Shown piece by piece: positions 59,074 through 59,114 of a stretch of DNA of 59,114 nucleotides (positions within the stretch are counted from its first letter, which is position 1; every line of letters begins with the position of its first letter). The stretch covers positions 1-59,114 of the forward strand of contig JBHHXL010000002.1 of the NCBI GenBank assembly GCA_046757065.1, written 5' to 3'. The DNA comes from Anaerolineae bacterium (lineage in GTDB: Bacteria; Chloroflexota; Anaerolineae; 4572-78; JBHHXL01). Made by a program: the position numbers and the translations under genes. Below the pieces are notes generated by a model. That model did no database searches and had not been told where the DNA came from. It saw only the letters and a program-made list of their open reading frames with translations.

Positions 59074-59114
59074 AAATTTAGGGCAGCCCCCCCTAGTCCC
59101 GATACTCCGCTGCG

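Overview
This is a roughly 60% GC, gene-dense bacterial chromosomal segment. I call about 58 protein genes or gene remnants and one tRNA-Leu(UAG). I saw no rRNA, CRISPR array, transposase or integrase. The gene content and the EVEVEK-type linker in a solute-binding protein hint at a Chloroflexota-like organism, but that is unverified.

- **1-13.1 kb (minus strand):** a long catabolic operon set. In transcription order it holds an SDR, a GntR/FCD regulator, a DapA-like lyase, ATP-dependent hydantoinase B, an opine-dehydrogenase-like gene, a non-canonical carbamoyltransferase, hydantoinase A and a tungsten AOR. These are followed by a TIM-barrel gene, a UbiA prenyltransferase and a SAM methyltransferase.
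- **13.1-13.7 kb:** an unusual control region. It carries three copies of a TTGACA-N17-TAGAAT promoter fused to a perfect 22-bp palindrome, (GTCGAC)T(GTCGAC)A(GTCGAC), plus a 182-nt highly structured element. A fourth copy of the operator sits inside an ABC-transporter operon at 31.5 kb.
- **13.7-22.4 kb (plus strand):** a PaaK-like CoA ligase, a three-subunit xanthine-dehydrogenase-family molybdoenzyme, an AbfD/HpaB-like protein, a short citrate-synthase-like protein, a MaoC dehydratase and a nitroreductase. Together they look like an uncharacterised CoA-thioester pathway.
- **22.6-39 kb:** an aldolase and ADH pair, a second AOR with its polyferredoxin and a MoaD-like protein, decayed sugar-acid genes, an FGGY kinase, a NitT/TauT-type ABC transporter, an Ldh2-type dehydrogenase, an HpcH aldolase, YmdB and an Fe-ADH.
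- **39.3-44.6 kb (my top candidate for a novel system):** a corrinoid-dependent methyltransferase cluster. A pyrrolysine-free MttB-family protein and a pyrrolysine-free MtmB-family protein flank a single corrinoid protein, with a translationally coupled ornithine-cyclodeaminase-like enzyme.
- **44.7-49.2 kb:** a decayed defence island. It holds an internally deleted HsdM, a DUF559 gene, an MNT/HEPN pair, a DUF45 peptidase and several gene stumps. The cassettes are separated by GC-rich hairpin repeats.
- **49.4-59 kb:** tRNA-Leu, an oversized GlnE with two ACT-like domains, an AbiEii module and envelope glycosyltransferase-like genes.

At least six families of short palindromic intergenic repeats are dispersed across the window.

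All functional calls rest on motifs and family recognition by eye. No database search was possible.
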